A DNA stretch of 63,282 nt, the filler included, from Saprolegnia diclina VS20 (Eukaryota), in the NCBI RefSeq assembly GCF_000281045.1. It is 9 parts of 2 records of this genome, joined end to end, with 100 filler letters (N's around TTAATTAATTAA, not from the genome) between each part and the next. Parts side by side here need not be neighbours in the genome. Positions count along the whole stretch, not along the records: positions 1 to 13,103 come from NW_008246114.1; positions 13,204 to 31,306 come from NW_008246114.1; 7 more parts are not named here. The stretch is one strand, 5' to 3'. The position numbers were made by a program, and so were the translations under genes. Position 1 is the stretch's first letter. Each line of letters starts with the position of its first letter. This document shows positions 12,038 to 24,448 of the stretch, piece by piece. The notes below the pieces were generated by a model. That model saw only the letters and a program-made list of their open reading frames with translations. It ran no database searches and had not been told where the DNA came from.

Positions 12038-12570
12038 GGGCTCAGGATTGAGTGGGGAATGAGGTAGCGGGCCACCAAGGATCGGCGCGTAGGGCGACTT
12101 GGCAAGCGAAGGCACCACGGCGCGGCGAGCCAAGTGCCGGATATACAATCGCGTGATAGCAGTGGTGTTGATCGCGAGCGCAGCAGCGGGAAGGGGCCCC
12201 GTCAATGTCGAGCGGAACACGCAGTTGTTGCGTTCTAGCCAAAGACTGTACCAAACGCAAGCGCGCAAGATTGGCCAGAGGGCACGGATGGTCTCAGCTG
12301 AGAATGACTGCATCGTAGAGAAAGCCACCGACCGACGACGGAAGTTGCAAGGTATCGCGCATCGGGTCAAAAGCGCGCCAGACCGCGCGGATGAATGGGC
12401 AGCGCACTAGAAGATGGTCATACGTTTCGCGGGCGGGCGAATCGCAGAGCGGGCAGTGTCGGGCATTCGGGCCGAGGAAGTGAAAGCTGGACCGGACCGC
12501 CACAGCTTTCAACGCAACACGGTACACAAAATCGCCGTACCGCGGGAGGACATGAGCGGGTTGCCGTAGT
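12038..12570 (-). mobile_element. Non-LTR retrotransposon (LINE, L1/Tx1-like) ORF2 3' remnant
   Basis: zf-RVT-like CPLC...ETYDHLLVRCP...W followed, after a frameshift near 12300, by WYSLWLERNNCVF, typical of L1-clade ORF2 C-termini. Confidence 0.8.
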
Positions 12571-12614
12571 GGGACAAGTGCAGCAGCTCGGCTTGGTTGC
12601 TTGTATTGGGCCGT

Positions 12615-12825
12615 CGCGATGTTCTGTCGTAACATTGTTACGATGTTGTTGTAACACTATTGTCGCGACCGCTGTCGCGACCACTGTCACGACGTTGTTA
12701 CGACGCTGTTACGACGCTGTTACGACGCTGTTACGACGCTGTTACGACGCTGTTACGACGGTGTCGCGACGTTGTTGTGACGTTGTCGCGACGTTGTTGG
12801 AACATTATTGTCGCGACGTTGTTGA
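12615..12825. repeat. 11-bp minisatellite (TGTTACGACGC)n with degenerate flanks
   Basis: About six near-perfect units at 12696-12760 and degenerate TGTCGCGAC/TGTTG units on both sides. Confidence 0.85.
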
Positions 12826-12926
12826 AATGAGTTATCAACATGCAATTAATTATCTAGTGAAGATGGTGGACTTCCTAATGCGCTCATGAGGTTTGGCCGG
12901 TATGTCAAGCTGAGGGCGCTTGGTCG

Positions 12927-12985
12927 GGGCTCAGGATTGAGTGGGGAATGAGGTAGCGGGCACACCAAGGATCGGCGCGTAGGGC
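12927..12985. repeat. Second copy of the LINE 3' segment
   Basis: Near-identical (1-nt indel) to 12038-12095, GGGCTCAGGATTGAGTGGGGAATGAGGTAGCGGG...GGCGCGTAGGGC. Confidence 0.85.
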
Positions 12986-13103
12986 AGTGCCGTACATATG
13001 CGTTGTCGCTCTAGTCTGTCTCTGCCTCCCCAAACGACGGATGACAATGTGTACACTCGACGATCGACGACGGTGATCCCAAGCTCAAAAATCTTTAATC
13101 TTT

Positions 13104-13203
13104 NNNNNNNNNNNNNNNNNNNNNNNNNNNNNNNNNNNNNNNNNNNNTTAATTAATTAANNNNNNNNNNNNNNNNNNNNNNNNNNNNNNNNNNNNNNNNN
13201 NNN
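13104..13203. other. Artificial contig spacer N44-TTAATTAATTAA-N44 (also at 31307-31406, 44591-44690, 53506-53605, 55878-55977, 57953-58052, 59583-59682, 61825-61924)
   Basis: Same 100-nt block with stops in all six frames occurs eight times; genes are cut at these points. Confidence 0.97.
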
Positions 13204-13701
13204 AGGTGCAGCCGAGCAAATGCGACGCAAGAGCGTGTTGCAGTACTTGGCCACGGGCAGCATGTAACGAGTGCAACGCGAATCCAGTATGTGTCCACCA
13301 CCCGTGTTTTTAAACCGACAATAGACTAAGGTTTGATACCATAGTCTTCGGATCATCCGCCACAGCTGCACAGGTTTGATTGGGCGTGACACAGCCTCAG
13401 GTATTGGACTAGTAACGTAGACCCTTGCGACGATGCATCGGATAGCTATGAAATAGCAGGGCTCGAGTTTTCATTCTTGAGCATCGAGCACCGGAATCAT
13501 TCTTGTCACCAGTACTTGTACCATTGGTGTGACGTTACATTGGCCACTCGAACATGTGTGATCAGGATGCACGCCGCTGTGACAGGATTAGGTCCATTTT
13601 CATCAACATCGAATCCCTTGAGCTAGGGACTACAAGTTGGACTCTCTCGCAACAAATTTGCAATACTGACGAAGCAGATCTCATTCCAGTTGGGTCGCTC
13701 T

Positions 13702-14490
13702 CTAGTGTTCCGTGCTGGCCTTGGATGCTTCAGCATCAAGGGCGTCGTCGAGCAGCACTTGGAAGAGCTCGACGAGGTCACTTGCTGTCGGGCGACTCAG
13801 AGGGTCCGCGCTCATGCACAGACCGGCAAGGTTGCAGTACCACGTCTCGCAGTCGTCCCGCATCGCGGGGCGCAACCCGCCGTCGACAACGGCCGTCACG
13901 AGCGCAATTGCGTCGTCCAAATCGTAGTCGTCAAACGGCAGCTGGAACGTATCGAGCTCCGTCATGAGAATACCAAACGCATAAATGTCCGAGGCCAAAG
14001 AGGGCGGCGAGTCGCCTGCAAGCACCTCGGGGGCCGTCCACTGGAGACACAAATCGTCCGTGCTCGGAGCGTCGACTTGCATAAACTCGGTCATGCTCAC
14101 AAGGATGCTGTGGCTCGAAATGTGGCCGTGGACGATACCATTGGCGTGCAGATCCTGTAGGGCATTGGCGACCACATAGAGGCACTGCAGCTTCATTGGG
14201 CACTCGGCGCGGAGGCCGTCGCGCACCTTCTCGGTTTGCAACATCCCTCGGAGGGTCTTGGCCGCCGACACCTTGACGTACACGCAGTCGGGTCGCGAAA
14301 ACCCCACGACGGGGAGGATAAAGGGCGATGCGCATCTACAAGCCATCCATAAGCTTGAGCATGGTGCTAGTGAGGCAAGCAACCTTGCAATTGCGTCCAG
14401 GACGGTCGTATCGCGGACAAAAGCGTGCACGACGACGTGATCCTGCAACTCGAACGGGACACCGGGCTCGGGCGCATCAGACAGTGCCAT
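13702..14490 (-). CDS. Terminal exon encoding a degenerate kinase (pseudokinase) domain
   Basis: Keeps WTAPE, DIYAFG and RPTA; HRDxKxxN is replaced by HGHISSHS; no DFG and no Gly-rich loop. Confidence 0.75.
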   Translation of the reverse strand: MALSDAPEPGVPFELQDHVVVHAFVRDTTVLDAIARLLASLAPCSSLWMACRCASPFILPVVGFSRPDCVYVKVSAAKTLRGMLQTEKVRDGLRAECPMKLQCLYVVANALQDLHANGIVHGHISSHSILVSMTEFMQVDAPSTDDLCLQWTAPEVLAGDSPPSLASDIYAFGILMTELDTFQLPFDDYDLDDAIALVTAVVDGGLRPAMRDDCETWYCNLAGLCMSADPLSRPTASDLVELFQVLLDDALDAEASKASTEH

Positions 14491-17400
14491 CTACAATGAT
14501 ATGTCCAATTTTTGTACCTTTGTATATGACAGTACCTCCACAACAGGAGCCACGGTAGCCGCGTACAACGTACGCGCGAGGGACGCCTGGCCCATCTGGC
14601 CGGCGATGGCATGCGTCGAGAGACCACTCTCGAAAAGTCGACGGTTGCTACGTCGGGTACCAAGGCCACACACCAGTGCGCGCTGCGTCGAGCGTGCATC
14701 GTCCAACACCATGTCGTCGGACGGCGTTTTCTCATGGACGGGCCGCGTCGGTGCAAACACGAGCTCTGGGTCGCGCGACAGCAACCGGGGTGGCGCGATT
14801 TTTGCGAGCCATTGCAAGACGCCACGCGGAATCGCAAGCGGTGCCTACACGAGTAGACCGTGAGCACCACAAGGCGTCGAGAACTTCGTACGAGCCGGGC
14901 TGCCGTCGGCTTGAGAGCCTTCTTGAAGCGCACGTGAAGCACCTTGAGATTGTCCACGTCGCGCTGGGAGTGCGCGCACTCGGGGCAGAGCGCATCAAAG
15001 ACCGTCATGGCCTTGCTGTGGCACGCGTGGCACGTTCGTGACCAGTCGACGGGGTACCCCCGGTGCTGCAGCCGTATCAAGCGCCACACGATCGCCAGCA
15101 TGCGATGGACTCTCGACACTGGCTTGCCGCACGTCGTGCACATGGCCTCGGTCGTATCTTGGACAGCATGCCAGTGCGTGCAGTGGATACAAAAGATCTC
15201 GGGCTGCGTCGCGTTCTCTTGCTATGACACAAGATCCTTGTGAGACCAGCAAGATCGCGTAGTGGCAGCACCCACCCGAGACGCAGCGACCTCGAGCATC
15301 GGGACAAAGCGCTTGAGGCCATCGAATTCACGTGCCTTGTCGAGCGCCGTCGTGCCGTCCTATATGTCACGATGCGTCGATTTGCAAATACGGCGACCCT
15401 ACTGTGGCCGCAAGGACGACGTCGGCCCCCGTCGCGACGAGCTGCGACACGCACAACGCGTTGCCCGTGTGGAATGCACACATCAGCGGCGTCTTGCCCT
15501 CCTGCAGTGTTTCTCCCATACAGACATGTCTCGCCACTCGGAACGTACATGATCGCGTGCGTCCACATCGGCACCGGCATCGAGGAGGCGGCGCTGAACA
15601 AACGCGTGCCCGAGCGTCGCTGCTTCGTGCAGCGGTGTCCGGCCACCCTACGACACGCGGTAAGGGTCCGCCGTGCGTGAAACAAGGCCTGCACGCTCAT
15701 GTCGCTGACGTTGGCGCCGCGTTGGAGGAGGAGCGTCACGGTCTCGGAGGCCCCAGCCGTCGTGGCCGCCAAAAGAAGGGACTCACCACCCTACAAGTTG
15801 GACTTGTCGTCTTGAACGTGTTGTGTTGCCCGTACCGGAAGCGTCCCGTTGACCGCAACACCTTGGTCCAGCAGCTCCGTCACCGCAGCGCTGTTGTCGG
15901 TTGCCACGGCGCGCAAGTAAGTCTCCGCCTAAGTGGATAGGCTCCAGATCATGGCATGTTGCAGGACAACACGTACGTCAATGGCCTTTGCTGCAGTCAT
16001 GGCCATTTCACCACGGAGCACGTCGACAACTTGGGCCGCCGTCGGGCGTGCCGTCGGGTCGCCACACAGACATAACTCGACCAGGTCGCGCAACCACGGT
16101 TCGCACTTTGCCGTCAACGTCGGTCGAAGAGTGCCGTCGATGACGCCGCGGACAATCGCGACCGGGTTGGGGTTGACTAACTCGTAGTACGGCAGCTGCA
16201 ACGTGTCCACCTCGGTCAGGAGCACACCGAACGCGTACATGTCGGCGGATAGGCCGTACGCCGTCCCGTTGGCGCGAAGAACCTCGGGCGCCATCCAGTA
16301 CCGGGTGCCGGGCGCTTCCGTCATCTCGGTCGCCTCACGCCGCGCCAAACCAAGGTCGCCGAGTTTGACAAAGTGGGTCGAGCTCAAGAGGACGTTCTCG
16401 CTCTTGATATCGCGGTGTGCAATGTTCTTGGCGTGGAGATCCTTCAACGCGTTGGCAACGGCCCACGCTACTTGGAGGTTGGTCACATGCACCGTGTAGG
16501 GTAGCTGGAAGCGCTTCTGGTCCAGGTACGTCCGAAGGCTGCCGCCATCCATGTACTCGAGGAGGAGCGCTGGCATCTCCGTGTCAACGTCTGCAATCGC
16601 CACGAGCTGCACGAGGTACGGGGACGGCACTCTATGCGATGATTGTTCGAGTGGTTCGTTTGCGAAAACGTACGCGACAAGTGCGTCGACTTCGGCGTTG
16701 AACGACTTGCGTTGATTGGCGTTTCGGAGCTTCTTGACGGCGACCTTTTGCCCTTGATACGAGCCAAGGAGCACGACGCCATAGCCGCCGCGGCCCAGCT
16801 CGGTCGTCGTCACTTCGTACTCGGTCGACGATATCTACACCAGACTCGCCGTGGAGACGGAGGTTGGTGTCAAGGACCGGCGCTTACGTCGACGGCCGCC
16901 CGGTGCACGCGATCAAAGAGCTTCTCAGCCATGGAAGCGTACCCACGCTGGATCGCGATCGCCAGCGGCGTCTTGTTCTCCTATACGACGAGCGATGGCA
17001 TTTCGCAGACGATGAAGGAGCATTCACGTACGGTATTGCTCGTGTTGACGAGGACGCGAGGCATTGCGAGGAGCTGGTCGAGCATCGTCTCGTTCTTTGC
17101 GACGACCGCCAAGTGCACCAGCGAGCACCCGACCTAAAACAACATGCATCTTCGTTTCCAATGGAGGCCACGTACTTCATCGACGATGTTGCAGCTATAT
17201 GGCTTCAGGAGCAGCCGTTGAAACCTCGACACGTCTTGATCGCGCATCGCTTGGAGCAAAGCGAGTCTCTATAACAAAAATATCGTGTGGACAGCAGACA
17301 CTGCGCGTCCATACATGTGTGTAGGCGGGTTGGAGAACATCGACCATTGCGTGGTTGTGAAGCCGCTCGGCCATCTCGATGGCACGCAGGCCCATCTACG

Positions 17401-20400
17401 AAAAGCCCCGTCCATCAACTATGCGATCACAATCACTGAAGCGCTTCGCACCTTGGCTTCGCGCCGGTCATAGTCGATGCCAGCTTGCAGCATGACGCGC
17501 GCAATGGCAAGGTTACCCATGCTTGTCGCGAGATGTAGCAGCGTATAGTCGTGCTATATGCCATATACATTGGCGCACGACCGGAAGACAGTGATAGGCT
17601 ACTTCGAGGCGTTCGTTGAAGTCGATCTTGGGGGACGCCACGAGCGCCGCGACAACATCTGCGTGCCCCGCGTAAATCGACATGGCAAGTGGCGACGCGT
17701 TGCGCTACAACGCCATCAGGTTGCGCAGGAGGGTTAGGTGGCGCCGCACAAACGCGGCGTTGACGTCAGCGCCATGGGCCAGTAGCACCGGGATGACTTC
17801 AGAGACACCGCATTCGCAAGCGCGGTGCAGCGGACTCTGTCCGTTCTACGTCATACGTACATACCAACGAGTGGGCTACATGTAGCAGGTACCGAGTGGA
17901 GATTGGCGATCCCCCCCGTGTCGACAAGAATGGTTGCCATATGACCGAGCCGGCGCGACAGCACCGCATGCAGCACCGTCTCGTTGTCCTACACGCCAAA
18001 ACAGCAAAGCGCTGCAGTCACGTCGCGGTGGCACACACGGACCTGGTCGCGCTCCCAGGTTCGAGCACCGTGTTGGACGAGGTACATCGTAATCGCTTTC
18101 AAGTCGCGCGTAGCTGCATAGTAGAGCGGTCGGTGCATTTTCTACATGCAATAGCATGTGGTGTTGTCGTCGTGAACCAATTTGTGTCGACGGTACCTCG
18201 TCGGCTGCTTCCACGTCGGCGCCAGCGTTCACAAGCGCAACGACATTGGCATCGAGTCCAAACCCGATTGCAACGTGCAACGGCGTTTCCAAGTTCTATA
18301 CCATCCATGACACGCCTGCGTCGTCTTGAGCTGGAGCGCCATACAAAGTTCCGCGGGTTGGCATCGATCCCGGTAGCGCATAGCAGCTTCCGGAGCATCA
18401 CGCCCGATGGCTGCCGCGCCGCTTCGTGCAGCGCCGTTAACCCGACCTAAAGCACAGTCATCGCACTGACGGCAGTTGCGCGTCGTACGGCCGAGACGCT
18501 GTTGACGTCAGCGCGAAACGCCAGTAGCAGGTCCACCACATCACTGTGCCCAAAAAACACGGCTCGGATCAAGGCGGTTTCTTGCGTCTACAACGCCTGA
18601 CAGATCGTCGTCGCAACGACAGCGTCGGTACCGTATCCGTGCTGTCGGGGTGCACACCACTTCGTAGAAAGGAGTCGACGGCATCGACGTTGCCAGCTGC
18701 GACAGCGGCGAGGAACGCCTCTTCGTGCTAGTACAAGAGCTGCTATAGCAGGCGAACGAGGTGCAACAAATGTACGCTGAGCGGCGCTGTGGACCGTGCA
18801 CTCCGCTAGCAGAGAAACCTATGAGGTGCACCGCAACGATTTCAAGCGCCGAACCGTTGGGATACGAATCGGTTGGTGGGCGCTCGTCGGCGCAGGTGTC
18901 ATCGGTGCCGGCATCGCCACGCTCGCGATCAATGGAGGGCCCCTCTACGCAAGCACGGGTTGGTGGATTGTAGAAGATAAACAAACGTCGTACCGCGCAG
19001 TCCGACTCGAACGCTGCCATCGATACGACAAGGTGCGGGTATCTAAGTAGGGTGGGACTCGTCCCTTCGAAAAAGAGAAAGTACGATTGCACTTTGGGGC
19101 GCATGCTCTCGACGATGTCGGCCGCCGTGGGACGAAGCGCTGGGTTTTCGACCGTGCATTGCATCGCAAGTGTCTTGTACCACAAAGCGTTGTCCGAACT
19201 GGCACGTGCACCCTCTGGAAACAACGTTTCGAGGAGGATGCCAAACGAGTACACGTCGGCGGGCGTCCCGTAGCGGCTTCCGGACGTGAGCACTTCGGGC
19301 GCTCGCCACTTGCTCGTGCCTGCGCCCGTCGTCATGGTTGTCGTTTCTTCCTTGGCGATACCAACGTCACCCACTTTGATGTACTGGGTCGACGAGAGGA
19401 GGATATTGTCGGTCTTGATGTCGCGATGCACAATGTTGTTGGCGTGGAGGTCCTTGAGGGCGTTGGCAACGACCCACGCAATCTCAATCGGGGCGTACGT
19501 CACCGACACGGGCTTGTCACTGGCGACCTTTTCGAGATACCGCGTCACGCTGCCGCCATCCATGTACTCAAAGATGAGCTGTGGCGCGTTTGACGCGGCA
19601 TCGGCGGTGGCAAGCAGTCGGACAATGTACGGCGACGGGTTCCTACACGATCGTTGACGATACAGAGAGACGCCGCCACGTGGTACGCGTTGAGGACTCG
19701 GATCTCGTCTCGCAAATTCGCCGCGCCGAAGGTCTTGTTCAAAACGGACTTGACCGCCACGTCTTGACCAAAGAGGGTGTCCTTGAAGACGATACCGTAG
19801 CTCCCACGGCCGAGCTCTTGGAGATGCAACGTCGGGCGGGTTGCAACCTGGGCCACGTGGATCAGTCCTTGCCGCATATATATACATATATATTTGGGCT
19901 GGCGATCATGACGTACTTGGGCCGTGACCGTTGACTGCGCTTTGTGCAAATGCTGGACGAGCAACGGGGTACTTTTCTTGGTGGCAATCGCGATGGGCGA
20001 CTCGCCAAACTACAATCGCGGCAGCTAGGTCGGATGCTAGTACGAGTATATTGAATACCTCGTTGATATGGCCCAGCTCGACGCTAGGGTCTTTCAAGAG
20101 CTCGGCCAAAAGCTCGGCATGGCCACCAAGGAGCGCGAGATGCACCAACGTATTGCCGTGCTGTCACTCCCATTTGAAAACGACTAAGTGCAGCGCGTGC
20201 AGTACCTCGTCCGTCTCGTTGACGCTGAGGCCGTCGGCGAGCAGCGCTCGCACGCCGAGGACGTCGCCGTGTCGGGTGGCATGCAAGAGCTTCGCTTTCT
20301 ACAAACGTCGATGAGTGGACGCTCTGTGCCGCGCAACGGTGCCTTCATGCGTGCGTCCTGCAGGACTTCAACGACATGCGCGTGCTTCTTGGCTTGCGCA

Positions 20401-21709
20401 ATCATCATTGCCGTCTTGCCGGTCTATGACAACGAAGGGCGTGATGAACCAAAGACGTTGGCGATGCGTACGACGGCCCGCTCGTCAAGCTTGGCCCGCG
20501 CATGCACCAGCTGGCGCACAACATCGGCATGACCGGTGGCAGCGGCCACGTACAGCGCCGCCGCACCCCACTGTCCATGCACACATGATGATACCTTCCT
20601 CGAAAAAAGGGTCATACCCGCGGGTTGTTCGCATTTACATCGGCGCCCTCACGCAGCAGCAGCGCCACAATTTCGGTTCTCCCGCAGGTCGCCGCAGCGT
20701 TGAGACACGGAAACTACCGAAAGGATCAAGCGTCTGCATCGTACACGTTATCCCACCGAGTTGGGGTTGTCGAGTTTGGCGCCAGCCTGCAGCAAGGTGA
20801 TGACCGCGTCGAGGTGACCCCGACCACTGGCGGCATGCATCGGCGAAACGTGGTGCTAGTGGTCCAGTACAGTGTGGGAATGAAAAGCCACGTACGGGAG
20901 ACGTTGCGTCGAGGTCTGCGCCGCGCGCGGCAAGAAGCCGGATCATATCGGCGTGGCCTTCAAGTGCTGCGCAGAAGAGAGGCCCGACCCCATCCTGGAA
21001 TCGCCTCAAGCATAGCACTCGCCTAAGGCTCGACATGGAATACCTTGCTGAGGTCCGAGACGCGAGCGCCAGCTGCCAGGAGCTGTGTCGCAATGGCCAC
21101 GAGACCAAGGCACGCTGCAGACATGATCGGTGACGCCTTGCGCTACGTCGCGCGCATGTCAGCCAAGTTGCGTACAAGCTCCAGAGTACAGAATCGTCGT
21201 GAACATGGACGTTGGCCCCGACGGCCAGAAGCAACTCGACAATGTCGTCGTTGCCACCGTACACGGCACAGCCCAACGCGGTGCTACACTACAGCATGAC
21301 GCATTGCAGATGCCTCCCAGAACGGCCACGCCTACCCCACTGTTGTGGTTGACGTTGGCGCCATTCGCGAGTAGCACGTGCACGAGTTCGACGGGGCCGC
21401 TGCTCGCTGCAATCATGAGCGATGTATCCCCGCTCTACGAAAGCTGCGTGAGTGCGTAGCATGCCAGGTTGACCGCACCGGTCGTTGCGAATCGACAATC
21501 GCTCCCGCGTTGAGAAGTACCTCGACCGTGTCCAAGTGTCCTCCTCTCGCTGCGACGTACAGCGCCGGGTCGCCAAGCTATACAACACGTCCATACGTCA
21601 TGTTGGGAGCGGACGGTACGTGGTCGCGGCTGTTGGGGTCGGCGCCATCGTGCAGAAGCTCGGCCACCGTCCGAGTGTCGCCTCGTGCCACGGCTTCGAA
21701 CAGGTCCAT
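13702..21709 (-). CDS. Multi-exon ankyrin-repeat / TKL kinase locus: ANK-kinase1-ANK-kinase2-ANK-double Zn ribbon-pseudokinase3 (one gene, or two if kinase1 is separate)
   Basis: Starts MDLFEAVARGD (21709); many one-ankyrin exons; three kinase folds; in-phase GT-AG introns link kinase2 to a downstream ANK exon (15929-15976) and the Zn-ribbon exon through to kinase3; the kinase1-to-ANK junction (~18730-19090) could not be resolved. Confidence 0.65.
15977..16834 (-). CDS. TKL-type kinase domain 2 (contains one short intron)
   Basis: GRGGYG, VAVK, HRDIKSEN, GDLG, GTRYWMAPE, DMYAFG. Confidence 0.9.
19093..19830 (-). CDS. TKL-type kinase domain 1 (contains one short intron)
   Basis: GRGSYG, VAVK, HRDIKTDN, GDVG, GTSKWRAPE, DVYSFG. 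Confidence 0.9.
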
Positions 21710-21930
21710 GCGGTACACCGTAGCGTGAGGAGTTTTGTATTGACCGAATCGGCAATGTGGCGTCACTGCAGCGCTGCTTCAACAACCCCGTGCAATCGAG
21801 TGTCAGAGGTATATCAGCTCTCGATCGTATGCGTTTCTAAAGGTTGTTGACCTACATTCGAGTCTGTGCGGACCGAAGGTTTCCCAAAAAAGACGGTAAC
21901 CCTCCCGCGACGGAGAGTTTAAACACTAAA

Positions 21931-23448
21931 ATGGCCGCGAGCGACGTCCTCCGATCGCGGGAGCTCTTGGCCATCATTGCCGCGCACCAGAGCGGGTTAC
22001 CCGAGGCGGTCGCCGATATACCGCGCCTTACGAGCGCCGTCAGGCTCGCCGGGTATACCGATATCAAGTACCTCACAAACATCCCGCTGCGGTTTGCGTC
22101 GTTGCCATACCTCCAGCGGTACCGAGACCCCGCAACAATGCTCCTCGCCCGTGCCCTCATCTTGGCCACCAGCCGCAACTCTCAAAACGTGGACCCGGCG
22201 CTGCCCTTGCACCTCTTGGTCGTCGAAGGCAACGTAGCGACCGTCGCGCTCTGGCTCCGATGCAAGCCCGGGTTCGTCACGTCAAGGACGCTCGAGCTCG
22301 CGGCCGTAGCGTCCCAAGGCGCCGTTCTGCGCTTTCTCTATGATCGCTATCCGGCACTTGCGACGCCAACGGTGATGGACCTCGTGGCCAAGGCAGGCGA
22401 TGCGACGCTCCTGCGGTGGCTGCACGCGGCGGGTGCGTCCTGCACCAAAGCTGCGATGGACGGAGCGGCCATGAACGGGCACCTGGACGCTGTCGTCTTT
22501 CTGCACGAAGCGAGAACCGAAGGCTGCACGAAGATTGCGGCCACCGCGGCGGTGCGGAATGGCCACGCCGACATCGTCCGGTTCCTCCTCGAGCACCGTA
22601 CCGAAGGCATCGATCCATATTTGCGCCACTCGATCCCGTACATCAACTACCATACGCACTCGGTCATTGGTACGACGCACGTGGGCGCGGTCGATGCGGC
22701 CATGGCGCGATCCCTCCTCGCATCCGAGGCCGTCCAACTCGTTACGAAAGAGGCACTGGGCTTTGCCGAGCTGCAGCACTTTTACAGCCGCGGGTACTGC
22801 ACGATGGCCAAAAGCTTGCTCGAGTGGGCCGTCACTCGCCACGACAACGCGATGCTGGCCTATGTCTTGGATGGGATTTGCACCGAGCACGCGCAGCCCA
22901 AGAGCGACGACGAGTGGCTGCCACCACTTGGCGACTGGAAGAACAGCAGAGCGATCGACCTCGCTGCGTTTTACGGAAACGTGGCAGCACTGGAGCTCTT
23001 GCACGCGAGTCGGCTCCAGTGTGCGTCCGCGCGCGCCATGGCCTTTGCGAGCTACAACGGACACTTGCACGTGCTCCAGTGGCTCCACGCCCATCGCCGA
23101 GATGGCTGCTCGGAAGATGCCTTGGCGCTCGCTGCGGCGCGCGGCCATCTGCACGTTGTGCGCTGGCTACTGGAAGTCTATCAAGTGCCCATGACCCAAG
23201 CCGCGCTCGCCACGGCAGCCTACGTGGGCGACTTGGCCATTGTCACGTACCTCTCGAAGCTGCCATACACCGACGGCCGTGAGAACGTTCGCAGCGGCGG
23301 GCTGTGTCGTTCGTTCCTTCCCAAGAACGGCGGTGCACTGGACCGCGGCGGCGGCGACTATGTCAACGGCCCTGCCGCCAAGTGGGCCGCGCGCAACGGC
23401 CATTTCGACGTACTCCAAGTGTTGCTCGCTGCTGGCCACACTTTGTAG
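21931..23448 (+). CDS. Ankyrin-repeat protein (Saprolegniales-type expanded family), probably C-terminally truncated
   Basis: MAASDVLRSRELL start; repeats AMDGAAMNGHLDAVVFLH..RTEGCT; TAG falls mid-repeat (GHTL*PAAMDEAI) relative to the paralog at 26993-29065. Confidence 0.85.
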   Translation: MAASDVLRSRELLAIIAAHQSGLPEAVADIPRLTSAVRLAGYTDIKYLTNIPLRFASLPYLQRYRDPATMLLARALILATSRNSQNVDPALPLHLLVVEGNVATVALWLRCKPGFVTSRTLELAAVASQGAVLRFLYDRYPALATPTVMDLVAKAGDATLLRWLHAAGASCTKAAMDGAAMNGHLDAVVFLHEARTEGCTKIAATAAVRNGHADIVRFLLEHRTEGIDPYLRHSIPYINYHTHSVIGTTHVGAVDAAMARSLLASEAVQLVTKEALGFAELQHFYSRGYCTMAKSLLEWAVTRHDNAMLAYVLDGICTEHAQPKSDDEWLPPLGDWKNSRAIDLAAFYGNVAALELLHASRLQCASARAMAFASYNGHLHVLQWLHAHRRDGCSEDALALAAARGHLHVVRWLLEVYQVPMTQAALATAAYVGDLAIVTYLSKLPYTDGRENVRSGGLCRSFLPKNGGALDRGGGDYVNGPAAKWAARNGHFDVLQVLLAAGHTL

Positions 23449-24448
23449 CCGGCGGCCATGGACGAGGCCATTTGCTAACGCAACGCTACCTCGACAAAGT
23501 CGGCGCGCTCTTCTGCAGTTTCCTCACGAGTTGCGATGCCATGACGAAGAAAATTTGTGATTTTGTGCGTTTTTGTCGATTTTCAAAGGTCGTCCGTGTC
23601 CTCTGGCACGCAACTCCTCCAAGGGACCTTATGTCAATCTCACATCAGTTTGCGACCAATTCGACGTCGCGCATCGCTGCTGGCGTGCAAAGACGCAAAT
23701 ATGTGCGCGGAGGCACCCGATTGCGGTGCTTGGATGCCTCTACTCCGTGACGTCCAAGAGGAGGTTCAGAACGTGCCAATGGCGATGCAGCGCCGTCTCG
23801 AGTTCTATGGCCCGTCGACGCACTGCGTAGCGTGGCCGAGTCGTCCAATAGCGTACGCCGCACTTGGTAAACGGTGCAGACACAAGGGTCAAACTAGCTG
23901 AGGTTTAGATCGTCCAAAGATGGGATCGCGGGACCCTAACCCCATCGCCGAAACCGTCGCACGCGGTCGTCCACGCAGCGGCAACCAGCAGCGACCCGAC
24001 GGTCTCCAACGTATTCCAACGTTGATTGGTCTAGTCGCAGCCAGTATAACGATGTCGGCAAGGCCATGTCGTTCGTGCGTGACGAGCCATGCGGGGAACT
24101 GTGTGGGTCGTTCTGAGTCTATAATCACACAACCTTGGGGACGCGACGTGTGCTGGTGTGGGATGCGCACCCTTTTTCAGCATTCCATGTACAAATCGCC
24201 GGTATAAGAGGACTATTGACTCGTCATCTATGACGAATTGTTGGCTGCAGGTCAGTAGTCATCCCCGTATGGACTGGCTGTTGATCAAAATGGCGTGCAA
24301 ATAGCGTGTGGCTGTTTGTGTGGTGCAGCAACTCGAAGTTCGAAGTTGGCGTTTCGGCCAATGAGAGACGGGCGCATGGGTGGTAACGCATATTCATATT
24401 CGGCGGCCTACTTCGCCTCGACTGTCGGGAAGCGGACGACGCAGGAGC

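Noticed and set aside
13104..13203. Recurrent TTAATTAATTAA palindrome
   Set aside because: Always centred in N runs of fixed length; artificial linker, so gene neighbourhoods across these points carry no meaning
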